64,000 bases of DNA from Polyangiaceae bacterium. GTDB taxonomy: Bacteria; Myxococcota_A; Polyangia; Polyangiales; Polyangiaceae. Where the stretch lies: assembly GCA_016933275.1 (NCBI GenBank), contig JAFGBI010000098.1, forward strand, positions 2,665 through 66,664, read 5' to 3'. The notes under the pieces were generated by a model. That model did no database searches. It worked only from the letters and a program-made list of their open reading frames with translations, and had not been told where the DNA came from. This document shows, in pieces, positions 38,282 to 47,535 of the stretch. Made by a program: the position numbers and the translations under genes. Each line of letters opens with the position of its first letter. Within the stretch, counting starts at the first letter, position 1.

Positions 38282-39417
38282 GGGAGATCGAGTCGCTGCC
38301 GGAGCTGCGCGAGCACCTGAACGGCACGGCGACCCTCGCGGACGTCGTCGTCCAGGGCCTTGACCTCAGGGGCGAGACGTCGCTGCTCCTCGCCTGCCCC
38401 CTCGGCGGGGCCATCTTCCTGGGGTGCGACCTCGCGGACGAGGTCGCGGCGGCCGCGCTGGCGGCGGGGGCGCTCGTGTTTCCGAGGATCCCGGACCTCC
38501 CCTATGCGCCCTATCGCGCCGAGCTCTATTCGGTCGAGGAGCTCTATGCCGGCTTCGAGCCAGAACGGCCCGAGTCGTACGTTCACACGCTCGACGCGCG
38601 CATCTACCAGCACTTCCTGCGCACGGGTGGGCCGAAGCCCGCCAGCATCCTCGAGACGCTCGCGCGGCGTTTGCACGACCACGCCATCACGGACGCGATG
38701 CGCGACCTCCTCTACGACGTGCAGCAGCCGCGCCGGATCGTCGCTATCATGGGTGGCCATGGGATGCGGCGCAGCTCCCCGGACTACGCCCGCGTCGCGC
38801 GCATCGCCCGCGCCCTCGCGGAGCGGGGCTTCTTCATGGCGACCGGTGGCGGCCCCGGCGCGATGGAAGCGGCGCACCTCGGCGTCTGGTTCGCAGGACG
38901 CGACGACGGGGAGCTCGACGCCGCGCTCGCGATCCTCACCCAGGCGCCCGCCTACGACCACCCGGAGTGGCTGGCGCGCGCCTTCGAGGTGCGCCGTCAG
39001 CTGCCCGCGGCCGAGCCTCTACCGAGCTTGAGCATTCCGACCTGGCTCTATGGCCACGAGCCGCCGAACGCGTTCGCGACCCATACCGCGAAGTACTTCG
39101 CGAACAGTGTGCGCGAGGATGGCCTCCTCACCATCGCTACAGCGGGGGTCGTCTTCGCGCCAGGGAGCGCCGGCACCATCCAGGAGGTCTTCCAGGACGC
39201 GTGCCAGAACCACTACAAGACCGTGGGCGTCGTGAGCCCCATGGTTTTCCTCGGTGAGGGGTACTGGAAGTGGACGCGGCCTGTCTTCCCGCTGCTCGCC
39301 CAGCTCGCCGCGGGTCGCGAGTATGCCCAGTACCTTGCCATCACCGACGACGAGCAGGAGGTCGTGGCGGCGCTCGAGCACTACGCGGGGTCGAACCCGC
39401 CCGTGGCGGGTGGCTGA
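38278..39417 (+). CDS. LOG/TIGR00730-family Rossmann protein (PpnN-like) with extra N-terminal domain
   Basis: ATGA overlap with tmk. IMGGHG...MATGGGPGAMEAAHLG...VVFAPGSAGTIQEVFQ corresponds to the LOG GGGxG and PGGxGTxxE motifs. Confidence 0.65.
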   Translation: MREIESLPELREHLNGTATLADVVVQGLDLRGETSLLLACPLGGAIFLGCDLADEVAAAALAAGALVFPRIPDLPYAPYRAELYSVEELYAGFEPERPESYVHTLDARIYQHFLRTGGPKPASILETLARRLHDHAITDAMRDLLYDVQQPRRIVAIMGGHGMRRSSPDYARVARIARALAERGFFMATGGGPGAMEAAHLGVWFAGRDDGELDAALAILTQAPAYDHPEWLARAFEVRRQLPAAEPLPSLSIPTWLYGHEPPNAFATHTAKYFANSVREDGLLTIATAGVVFAPGSAGTIQEVFQDACQNHYKTVGVVSPMVFLGEGYWKWTRPVFPLLAQLAAGREYAQYLAITDDEQEVVAALEHYAGSNPPVAGG

Positions 39418-39476
39418 CGGCGAGGAGGCGGCATTTCGGGGCGGTCCGGCGGACCTTGCCGCGCTATCATTGCCTC

Positions 39477-41114
39477 ATGCGATCTGGGAACCGCGGAACG
39501 ATGGCGAGAGCGCTAGCAGTCGGGTTCGTCGCCGCCATGACGGTCGGGCTCGGCGTTCCTGGGTGTTTGGTCGAGGAGCGGTGCTACCTCGACGCCGACT
39601 GCCCCGGCGACGAGATCTGCTCGGCTGCGGGTGTTTGTGTCTTCGAATGCGCGGCCGACGGGGACTGCGACAACGTCTTTGGCACCGAGTTCATCTGTGT
39701 GGACCGCCGCTGCCTTCGTGCGCCGGCCTGCACCGTCTGCGGCTTCCCACACGCCGAGCACAGCTGCGTGCACGGCGACTGCCAGCTCGTGTCTTGCCAC
39801 GTCGGCTACTACGACGAGGACGGCGATCCGGCCAACGGCTGCGAGTATCGCTGCGAGGACGGCACCTTCGACGCCAACGGGAATCCGGACGATGGTTGCG
39901 AGTGCACTCCCGAGCACGGTGGCGTGGAAGTGTGCAACGGCCTGGACGACGACTGCGACGGCGAGATCGACGAGGACTTCTCGCTCGCGACCAATCCATT
40001 CCATTGCGGGGGGTGTGGCCAGGTCTGCCCGGCCGGCGAGCACGCGGTTTCCCAGTGCAGCTCCGGGCAATGCCGCTACGCGTGCGAGCCCGGCTACTTC
40101 GACCGCGATGGGCGCGCGGAGACGGGGTGCGAGGCAGCGGAGTGTACGCCGGCCGTCGAGCAGTGCAACGGGCGGGACGACGACTGCGACTGCCCCGGCG
40201 ACACCAACGGTGATGGGATCGTCTGCGGGCCCGATGACGAGGGGGTGGACGAGGGTTTCGATCGGACGACCGTCGATGCCTGTGGGCCGTACTGTGCGGA
40301 ATGCGCGTTCGACCACGCGGTGGCGCGTTGCGAGGATGGCGTCTGTTGGGTCGGCGGCTGCGAGCCGGGGTACGTGGACCTGGACAAGAAGTCTGGCAAC
40401 GGTTGCGAGTACGCCTGCGTGCCGGCCGGCGAGGAGACCTGCAACGGCGCCGACGACGACTGCGACGGGCTGATCGACGAGGGTGACATCTGCGCTTGCC
40501 CGGCGGACATGGTCGCGGTGGGGAACGCCTATTGCATCGATCGGTACGAGGCGTCGCGGCCGGATGCCACCGTGACCTCGCAGGGTACGGACGGCGCGAT
40601 CGCCGTGAGCCGCCCCGGCGTACTGCCCTGGATGGTGAGCATGATGACGTCGAGCGATCTACGAGCCTTCCAGGATGCATGCGTGGCCGCCGGCAAGCAT
40701 CTCTGCTCGAAGGATGAGTGGTTCGCCGCGTGCAGCGGCCCGGACAACTTGCCCTTCGTGTACGGCGATACGTTCGATCCGGAGACCTGCAACTGCGTCG
40801 ACACCTTCTGCGACGACTACTGCACGGTCCAGGGAATCGCCTCCTGCAGCACGAGCGAGAACTGCGGGTACGCCTACGGCTGCTTCCACGAGGTCCCGAC
40901 CGGTAGCTTCCCCGGATGCACCAACGACTACGGGACCTTCGACATCAACGGGAACGTTTGGGAGATCGTCTCCTCGGATAGCGATGCCCGAGGGTACGAG
41001 GTGCGTGGCGGAGCGTTCAACTGCGCGAGCCCGAGCCAACGAGTCAGCTGCGAATTCAACGCCGGGTGGTCCGAGCTGTACGCCGGGTTTCGCTGCTGCA
41101 AGGACCTCGAGTAG
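39477..41114 (+). CDS. lipoprotein with multiple Cys-rich (CNG-DDDCDG-type) repeats and C-terminal FGE/SUMF1-type domain
   Basis: Lipobox GLGVPGC. Repeats VCNGLDDDCDGEIDE, QCNGRDDDCDC, TCNGADDDCDGLIDE. C-terminus YCIDRYE...FDINGNVWEIV...RGGAF...GFRCCKD. Confidence 0.8.
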   Translation: MRSGNRGTMARALAVGFVAAMTVGLGVPGCLVEERCYLDADCPGDEICSAAGVCVFECAADGDCDNVFGTEFICVDRRCLRAPACTVCGFPHAEHSCVHGDCQLVSCHVGYYDEDGDPANGCEYRCEDGTFDANGNPDDGCECTPEHGGVEVCNGLDDDCDGEIDEDFSLATNPFHCGGCGQVCPAGEHAVSQCSSGQCRYACEPGYFDRDGRAETGCEAAECTPAVEQCNGRDDDCDCPGDTNGDGIVCGPDDEGVDEGFDRTTVDACGPYCAECAFDHAVARCEDGVCWVGGCEPGYVDLDKKSGNGCEYACVPAGEETCNGADDDCDGLIDEGDICACPADMVAVGNAYCIDRYEASRPDATVTSQGTDGAIAVSRPGVLPWMVSMMTSSDLRAFQDACVAAGKHLCSKDEWFAACSGPDNLPFVYGDTFDPETCNCVDTFCDDYCTVQGIASCSTSENCGYAYGCFHEVPTGSFPGCTNDYGTFDINGNVWEIVSSDSDARGYEVRGGAFNCASPSQRVSCEFNAGWSELYAGFRCCKDLE

Positions 41115-41182
41115 TCCACGTTCCGACCTCCCCCATCCGCCCGAATCTTGCCCAAGCGCGCCCCTCAGCTCATAGTCGGCTC

Positions 41183-41785
41183 GTGCCGTCCCTCGGAGCT
41201 TGTCATCGCTGGTCTTCGCTCGGCCTGGCCGCGTTGCTGCTAGCTGGGGGCGCTGGGATCGTCACCCTGGCGGCATGTCACCGGAACGATTTCGCCGACG
41301 TCGTACTGCCGCCCTTTCCCTCGGCCACCGCCGAGGACGCCGAGCCGCCCCCGGGCGTGCTCTGGCGCGAGGAGGTGGACCGGGTGGTGGCGGACGGGCT
41401 TGGCTACTTCCTTCAGCGGGTCACCGTCGAGCCGCGCCTCGATCAGGGCGCCTTCGTCGGCTGGGAGATCCAGGACCTTCGTCCGCCGGAAGCTTGGCAG
41501 TCCGTCGATCTTTGCCCGAGCGACGTGGTCACGTCGATCAACGGCCTGCCGATCGAACGCGATCAGGAGGCGTTCGCTGCCTTCGAGGGGCTGAAGAAGG
41601 CGAAGGAGCTGCGCGTGACCTACCTGCGCGACGGAGAGACGCGAGAGCTCGTCTTTCGTATCCTGCCGCGCGGCCGCGTCGGGACGACCGCGATCCCAGC
41701 GGCGCCGAGCGCGAGCGCTGGTTCGTCGCCGCGACCAGCGAGCTCCGCGGCGACCACGGCGCCAGCCGTCGCGAGCGCGCGCTAG
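41183..41785 (+). CDS. lipoprotein with PDZ-like (GspC-type) domain
   Basis: GTG start. Lipobox VTLAAC. GWEIQDLRPPEAWQSVDLCPSDVVTSINGLPIERDQEAFAAFEGLKKAKELRVTYLRDGETRELVF. The TAG stop lies inside the CTAG end of repeat module B. Confidence 0.6.
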   Translation: MPSLGACHRWSSLGLAALLLAGGAGIVTLAACHRNDFADVVLPPFPSATAEDAEPPPGVLWREEVDRVVADGLGYFLQRVTVEPRLDQGAFVGWEIQDLRPPEAWQSVDLCPSDVVTSINGLPIERDQEAFAAFEGLKKAKELRVTYLRDGETRELVFRILPRGRVGTTAIPAAPSASAGSSPRPASSAATTAPAVASAR

Positions 41786-41899
41786 AGCACCGATCCGGCT
41801 GCCAACAGCAACGGCAGCGCTGAAAACGCGTCCATGCGAGGCGCGGACGCGTTTCCAGCGCTGCCTCTGGTGAGGTCTGCTGCCGGTTCGGTGCTCTAG
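41782..41899. repeat. repeat module B, copy 1: 118-nt CTAG-bounded imperfect palindrome
   Basis: CTAGAGCACCGATCCGGCTGCCAACAGCAACGGCAGCGC...GCGCTGCCTCTGGTGAGGTCTGCTGCCGGTTCGGTGCTCTAG. The arms are mutually complementary. Related copies at 55502-55572 and 60023-60140. Confidence 0.85.
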
Positions 41900-41940
41900 G
41901 TCATTGATTTGACGCAGCAGTCAACCTGATTGCTCCTCTC
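41896..41940 (-). repeat. repeat module C, copy 1 (about 45-nt mini-hairpin element)
   Basis: Reverse complement reads GAGGAGCAATCAGGTTGACTGCTGCGTCAAATCAATGACCTAG. Compare 55460-55505 and 59657-59703. Confidence 0.75.
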
Positions 41941-41987
41941 GGGCTCGGGCTCGGGCTCGACCTGAGCGAGTAGTAGCTTGCCGGGTG

Positions 41988-42160
41988 GTGCACTCAGCGG
42001 TGCGATCTTGACCGGATCTGGCAGGAGAGTTCTCAATGTCCTCGTGTCCATCAGCAATCAGGCGTCAGCGATCAGGGTCTCCACGTTCCACCTGACAGCT
42101 GACAGCTCACAGCTGACCGCTGATGGCCTGGCCTGTTTGGTTCCGGGTCCGCCGGGTTGG
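41988..42160 (-). repeat. repeat module A, copy 1 (about 170-nt structured element)
   Basis: Reverse complement aligns along its length with 58379-58550: AACCCGGCGGA(C/G)CCGGAACCAAACAGGCC...CATCAGCGGTCAGC...GAACGTGGAGACCCTGATCGCTGACGCCTGATTGCTGATGG...GGTCAAGATCGCACCGC. Confidence 0.85.
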
Positions 42161-42164
42161 GCTG

Positions 42165-42695
42165 TTAGCCGGCGATGCACACCCCGTTGCTGAGCTTGCA
42201 GGTCTTCGCGCCCTGACAGAGCTCGGACTCGCGACACTGCTTGACGTCGGTGGCCATGCACTTGTCCTCCTGCGGTGTGCAGCGGCCAAACCTCTTGCAC
42301 ACCGTCTCGCAGTCGCTCGCGCTGGCGGCGACGCAGCGCCCTTCCTTCACCGTACAGCGGCCATCCCGGGTGCAGAATTCGGAGGCCTTGCACTCCTCTG
42401 CCGAGCCTGCGATGCACCGGTTGCCCTCACCCGTGCATCGCCCCTCGATCCTACAGGAATTCTCGCTGGCCTGACACTCGATGGTTTTGTAGCTCTGGCA
42501 AGTCTTGTCCTTGGCGCACCCCAGACGATCGGCGCAGTCGCTGTTCGTCTCACAAGCGCCACCTCGCGCTGCCCCCTGCTTCTCGGGGGGGGCAGCCTCG
42601 GCAACCGGCGCCGGTTTCTCTTTCCCACAGGCAAGCAGCCCGAGTGCCAACACCAAGCCCACGCGCCCGTATCTCGTCCGCGCCATGAAGCGCAT
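42165..42695 (-). CDS. Cys-rich secreted lipoprotein (24 Cys in about 150 mature residues)
   Basis: MRFMARTRYGRVGLVLALGLLAC lipobox. Repeated C-x-(D/E)-x-(R/K)-C patterns (CTRDGRCTVKEGRCV, CKRFGRCTPQEDKCM). Confidence 0.75.
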   Translation of the reverse strand: MRFMARTRYGRVGLVLALGLLACGKEKPAPVAEAAPPEKQGAARGGACETNSDCADRLGCAKDKTCQSYKTIECQASENSCRIEGRCTGEGNRCIAGSAEECKASEFCTRDGRCTVKEGRCVAASASDCETVCKRFGRCTPQEDKCMATDVKQCRESELCQGAKTCKLSNGVCIAG

Positions 42696-42907
42696 TGTCG
42701 ATGACCCCGACGACCCTGACAACCCCGGAGAGAGGCACGACAGGCTCCCCCACGGGGTCCCCGCTGACTGCGTCCGCTGCACCGAGCCGCCGAGGACGGT
42801 CACGATTACACCAGAGCTACGAAAGCTTCAGCAGGGCTGTTCCGACGAACGGATCCCGAATCCAACGCCGACGGGGCCGGTTCATCCCTCGGCTCGGGTG
42901 AGGACCG

Positions 42908-44107
42908 TCAAGGCCGGAGCAGGAACCCCGCGACAGCGCCGACCATCTCGGCGAACCGTCTTCGGGTGAAGCGGGCGCCGGTCGTGATCCAATCGGTGTG
43001 TCGGCGCGGACGTCCGTCGTCGTGGAAGTGTCCGAGGATGTCCAGGTGATCCGCCTCGCCGCACCACACGAGCTCGCCCCAGAGCATGCTGAGCGTTGGC
43101 ACGATGCCATCCGACGATCGGTCGGTCACCGGTCGTGGGATGGCGTGTGCGAGTCGGTCCTCCTCCCGTTCGCTCGGGCGCCCGTAGGGGTACATCTCGT
43201 GGGGCTGCCCGGCCAGGCGATAGAGCGTCGAATACATGGTCGAGGTGATGGCTGCGTAGGGCGAGCGCAGACGATGCATCAGGTGGGTCGCACCCGGCGG
43301 GGGCGCTGCCGTGGCCACACAGCCGTAGCGCACGGCCGCGTCATTCTCGGTCGAGGCATTGAAGAGATCCATGGCCTCGGGGGTGATCTGGATCACCCCC
43401 CCTTGATCGGCGCGGATCTTCCGCAGGTAGTCCTCGAGCTCGCGGCGGGCGTAGGGATCCATGAAGCGGAGGATGCCGTCCGTGTAGCGGCTCAGGAGGC
43501 GGTAGTCTCCGGTCACCGCGCGGTCGAGATCCCCAACGCCGCCGATCCACCGAGAGAGCACGTCGAGCGAGGGCGCAGTGAACGCCAGTGACACGACCGT
43601 CAGCAGACTCAACGTGTAGAGGAGCCGAGTCCCGGCGACGGTCGAGAAGTAGGTTGCCAGTGGCGTGCCGTGGTGGGGTGTGTTGAGTGAGACGGCGGAG
43701 CGCACCCGAGCTCGCCAGGCGAGGCGGGTGGGATCGATGCCGAGCGTGGCGTGCGGGGAGAGGAGGAGGCGGAGATCGAGGCCGCCGGTGGAGTGCCCGA
43801 CGAGGTGGATGGGGAGGTCATCCAACCGCGAAGATTGCTCGACCGTGCGCGCGAGGATGCGGGCGCGGTGGCGGATCGATGCTGTCGGGGAGCTCGGTAC
43901 GATCTCGATCGTGGCGCGGGCCCCCGCCTTTCGGAAGTGCTCCTCGAGCGCCGCACGCAGGTGGTGGAAGTACTCGAAACCGGCGAGACGCCCGAACCCG
44001 AACATCCCCGGCACGAGGTAGACGCGGTGCGCGGTCGTGGCTTCGCGGGTGTTGGTCGGCGGATGCACGGAGCTCGACGTCGAAGATACGCCATCCGAGC
44101 CCGGCAC
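42908..44107 (-). CDS. alpha/beta-hydrolase, lipase/esterase-like
   Basis: VYLVPGMFGF, nucleophile elbow LVGHSTGG, NTPHHGTPLA. GTG start. Confidence 0.75.
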   Translation of the reverse strand: MPGSDGVSSTSSSVHPPTNTREATTAHRVYLVPGMFGFGRLAGFEYFHHLRAALEEHFRKAGARATIEIVPSSPTASIRHRARILARTVEQSSRLDDLPIHLVGHSTGGLDLRLLLSPHATLGIDPTRLAWRARVRSAVSLNTPHHGTPLATYFSTVAGTRLLYTLSLLTVVSLAFTAPSLDVLSRWIGGVGDLDRAVTGDYRLLSRYTDGILRFMDPYARRELEDYLRKIRADQGGVIQITPEAMDLFNASTENDAAVRYGCVATAAPPPGATHLMHRLRSPYAAITSTMYSTLYRLAGQPHEMYPYGRPSEREEDRLAHAIPRPVTDRSSDGIVPTLSMLWGELVWCGEADHLDILGHFHDDGRPRRHTDWITTGARFTRRRFAEMVGAVAGFLLRP

Positions 44108-44122
44108 GCGCGGGGATGTTCG

Positions 44123-45013
44123 TCAGCGGGTGTAGGTGACGTTGACCTCGCGCTCGAGATCGAAGCGAAGCTCCCCGCGGTCGATCTCCGGCGTTTCGAT
44201 CGGGATGACGCGGACGCGATGCAAGACCAACCATCCGGGTCCGGTACGGTCCACGGTGCCTGCGGGAATGGTCGCGGTACCGGCCTCGTCGAGGAACGAG
44301 CAGACGGTCGCCCCGCCGTTGTCGAGGGCGAGCTCGATGGCGACGAGGTCGCCGGGTGTCCCGACGTCCCACGTGACATCGAGCGGGGCGCTCGCTACTA
44401 CCGTGGTGACCTCTCCGATCGGAACCCCGCCCAACCGCAGCGCCGAGAGCTGGGAAGGCGCCTGCCCGGAAACCAACAGGGGTGGCAGGGAGATCCCGCC
44501 GGTCGCGTGTACCTCGTATGCCACGTTCGGAGGCAAGGGATCCGCGCTGGCGTCCCGCGTCGTGTAGACCACGCCCGAGATGGCGTCGCTCACGGTGGGG
44601 AAGGCCCGCGGCGCGAGCGTTGCCTTCTGACTCCCTGCCAGGATGACGACCTCTCCCGCCTCGAGGAATTCGACGCGGTCGATGGGGGCATCCGTCGCCT
44701 TCGGATCGGACTCTCCCGTTTGGGGAGCGCAGGTCCCAACCGGGGGCAGGTCGAGATCCCAACCGAGCAGGTTTAGCACCGCTTCTGCGTCGGAGGAGGC
44801 CGGGATCCGCGCGAAACCAGCGAGGGCGGTGGCTTGTGGCTCAGCACCGTTGGAGACGGAGTCGATCTGGATGAGAGCCCGCGTGGTCCCGGTGTCGACA
44901 TCCGTGGCGGGTTCGACATCGGGACCGAGGCAGCCGACGGCCCCGAGGGTCAGGGCCACGACGGACACCGAGGTGACGAACCTCGCGCTGGGCTTTCGAG
45001 GGCGAATGGTCAC
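44123..45013 (-). CDS. hypothetical lipoprotein
   Basis: GTG start. VSVVALTLGAVGC lipobox. Protein-like composition. Ends 16 nt upstream of the lipase start. Confidence 0.7.
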   Translation of the reverse strand: MTIRPRKPSARFVTSVSVVALTLGAVGCLGPDVEPATDVDTGTTRALIQIDSVSNGAEPQATALAGFARIPASSDAEAVLNLLGWDLDLPPVGTCAPQTGESDPKATDAPIDRVEFLEAGEVVILAGSQKATLAPRAFPTVSDAISGVVYTTRDASADPLPPNVAYEVHATGGISLPPLLVSGQAPSQLSALRLGGVPIGEVTTVVASAPLDVTWDVGTPGDLVAIELALDNGGATVCSFLDEAGTATIPAGTVDRTGPGWLVLHRVRVIPIETPEIDRGELRFDLEREVNVTYTR

Positions 45014-45133
45014 GGACAGATCCCATCGTAGGCGCGCTACCGACCTCGGGCAAGGGAGGCGCCCTTCCGGGCGTGGGGCCGTCCCGATTCCAGGCTGGTC
45101 CCAGAATCTACCCTGGCTCGCCCGCCGCGCCCG

Positions 45134-46087
45134 TCAGTTGAATCGGCCCACCAGCACGGCAGCGGGTGTCACCGTGAACCCCTCGATCGAGCCACTACCC
45201 CGGGAGGAGAGCACGGCATCCTCTCCCGAACCAACGATCGGGACGTCCCAACGGCCGGATCCCCACCCGTAGCCCATATCGAGCTCGATGCCGACCCAGA
45301 TGGGGCGTACCCCGACCATGGCCCCGACCACCCCGTCGATGAAGGCGCGTCGCGCCACGATGTCCGTCTCGAGCGGCTCCGCGTCTGCTGGGGAAAAGAG
45401 CACGCTACCCCACAGGGTTTCGAGCCCTGGCCGCAGCCCAGTCCACAGGGAAACCACGTTGGCGCTGCTCCGATAGCCCACGAGGATCGGCAATTCGAGC
45501 GACACCCCCGACACGTTCGTATCGTTCACCCTCGGGATCGCGCCGGAGCTCGTCACCTCGCTGGTGTCGAGTCCGATGCGATTGCCGAAGCCCACGCCCA
45601 GACTCAGCGCGGTCTTCCCACGGGCGAAAGCTCGGCGCGCATCGACCCTGACGGAGCGTCCGGAGGCAGTGAATCCGAGCTCGGTGTCGCGGCCGGCTCC
45701 TACCCGAGCCCCAAGATAGGGTGCGAGGCCGGGGGCTACGAGCAACTGGGCCACGACTCCCCGAGCCACGGCGCGACTCTCCGCCGCGGTGACCTCCTCC
45801 GCGGTCACGGCGGCGGCCTGGGATGCCGCCGAATCAGCCTCGCCGAGCGCGAACCGCTGGCTCACTCCCGCGCCCGCCGTCACCCCCCCCGCGGGAAGCG
45901 GGTGAGCGGAGTAGAGCAAGGGCGCGCCGCCACCGCAGGCCGTCGCTATCAGGGTGAGGCAGCCCGCCGCGACCCTTCCGGATGAGATCCTCGGCGCGTA
46001 GGGTCCAAGGGATCTGGACCATGCGTGTCCAGTCTGCGTCCCGCTACGACTACCGGTCGGGGTGCACCGCGTCCGTCGCCGCTCCAT
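45134..46087 (-). CDS. putative outer-membrane/beta-rich lipoprotein; start uncertain
   Basis: CLTLIATAC lipobox. Alternating beta-strand-like pattern. C-terminal ...AAVLVGRFN. The start must lie below 46168 (the ferredoxin gene). ATG at 46087 or 46120. Confidence 0.6.
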   Translation of the reverse strand: MERRRTRCTPTGSRSGTQTGHAWSRSLGPYAPRISSGRVAAGCLTLIATACGGGAPLLYSAHPLPAGGVTAGAGVSQRFALGEADSAASQAAAVTAEEVTAAESRAVARGVVAQLLVAPGLAPYLGARVGAGRDTELGFTASGRSVRVDARRAFARGKTALSLGVGFGNRIGLDTSEVTSSGAIPRVNDTNVSGVSLELPILVGYRSSANVVSLWTGLRPGLETLWGSVLFSPADAEPLETDIVARRAFIDGVVGAMVGVRPIWVGIELDMGYGWGSGRWDVPIVGSGEDAVLSSRGSGSIEGFTVTPAAVLVGRFN

Positions 46088-46167
46088 CGTGGGGTGCGCA
46101 CCAGCTAGCTTCGCAGCCATGGGATCTGGACATACGAGTTCCTGCGGCCAAAAAAGGGAGGTCTGGC

Positions 46168-46476
46168 TCAGGTCTTGCGGAACCGCGAGGGGTAGTCGTT
46201 CGCCGCGGCACGCTGCCCCAACTCGGCGTGGTCGGGGTGGAGGCGCAGCGCTCGTTCCATGAGCTTCGCCTCCGTCTCGACGTTGTCGGGGTCCGGGAGG
46301 CAGCACTCCACGGGGCAGACCGCTTGGCAGGCCTCTTGATCGTAAAAGCCCACACACTCCGTGCAGAGGTCCGGGTCGATGACGTAGATGTCATCCCCCT
46401 CGGAGATCGCAGAGTTGGGGCATTCGGGCTCGCAGGCCCCGCAGTTGATGCAGTCTTCCGTGATGTGGGTAGCCAT
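46168..46476 (-). CDS. 2x[4Fe-4S] ferredoxin (YfhL-like)
   Basis: MATHITEDCINCGACEPECPNSAI...IDPDLCTECVGFYDQEACQAVCPVECC. Confidence 0.9.
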   Translation of the reverse strand: MATHITEDCINCGACEPECPNSAISEGDDIYVIDPDLCTECVGFYDQEACQAVCPVECCLPDPDNVETEAKLMERALRLHPDHAELGQRAAANDYPSRFRKT

Positions 46477-46610
46477 TGGGGATCTCGCCGCAGAAAGCGA
46501 CGTCACGGAACATTAGTCACCGCCTTCGCCCTGTCAAACCCGGGGCTCGTGGGGAGCCGCTGCAAGGACGGGGTGGTTCGCCAAGCCTGGTCGGGCTAAG
46601 ACAGCGGCCG

Positions 46611-47207
46611 ATGAAAGCAGTGCTCTGGATCGCCGCCGCGGTCGCCCTCACCAGCCTGGGGTGTCGCCCCAAGATCGGCGACGATTGCGACACGAACGCG
46701 GACTGCTCCCAGGTTGGGGACACCCTCTGTGACCGGACGCAGCCCAACGGGTACTGTACGGAGTTCAACTGCGAGCCCGGAACCTGTCCGGACGAGGCGG
46801 TGTGCATCGGCTTCTCGTCCGTGATCTCGCGCACCCCGGGCGACGAAGACCGCACGACCTGGGCTTGCGCCGACCCCCAAGCGAATGCGCGCTTCCAGCG
46901 CAATTTCTGCATGCGCTCCTGCGACTCGAACGACGACTGCCGCTACGGATACCGTTGCCGCGATCTCGAGGCCAAAGGGAACGAGTACGGTGCGGTGTTG
47001 GTCGAGACGAGCCGTAGGAAGAACGGCAAGGTCTGCGTCGTGCCGACGAACGACGTGGGCCAGTCCATCGCCGAGGTGGGAATACCCGGGATCTGCACCG
47101 GGAATCTGGCGGAGACGGCGGGAGGGGCTCCGACCTTGGCTCCGCCGACTGGCGGCATGTCCGGTGGGGGAGGCATGGGAGGCGCGGCGGGGTCGATGGG
47201 GGGATGA
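46611..47207 (+). CDS. Cys-rich secreted lipoprotein with Gly/Met-rich tail
   Basis: MKAVLWIAAAVALTSLGC lipobox. DDCDTNADCSQVGDTLCDRTQPNGYCTEFNCEPGTCPDEAVC. Confidence 0.75.
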   Translation: MKAVLWIAAAVALTSLGCRPKIGDDCDTNADCSQVGDTLCDRTQPNGYCTEFNCEPGTCPDEAVCIGFSSVISRTPGDEDRTTWACADPQANARFQRNFCMRSCDSNDDCRYGYRCRDLEAKGNEYGAVLVETSRRKNGKVCVVPTNDVGQSIAEVGIPGICTGNLAETAGGAPTLAPPTGGMSGGGGMGGAAGSMGG

Positions 47208-47535
47208 CCGGACGGCGCCGCGGGCTGGTTCGTGACTGGCTCCGCGTCGGAGACGGCGCCTGGTTTCATGGGCTTCGGTCCTGCCGATGGGGTTGGTCTC
47301 CGCTCGCTCCTTGAGCGGGGAGCGCTCCACATGCCGTGCGCGCCATCCGAGCTTGCCGTGGGCGCGGTGGTGGTCGCGCTGACGAGCGGCACGCTGCACC
47401 CGGCGAGCGAGGGGCTGCGGCGGCTGGTCAACGTGTCGGATGGAGCGAGGGTCGCCGACCCGCAGGGAATGGAGACGGGAGTCCGGTCTGGTGGCCGAGC
47501 TGGGTTTGCGGCCGCGAGCGCCCCTCGAGGCCAGC

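Noticed and set aside
45134-46357. Full 407-aa version of the beta-rich lipoprotein ORF.
   Set aside because: Its first 60-90 codons overlap the clearly real ferredoxin gene (46168..46476) in another frame. The start was moved to at or below 46120.
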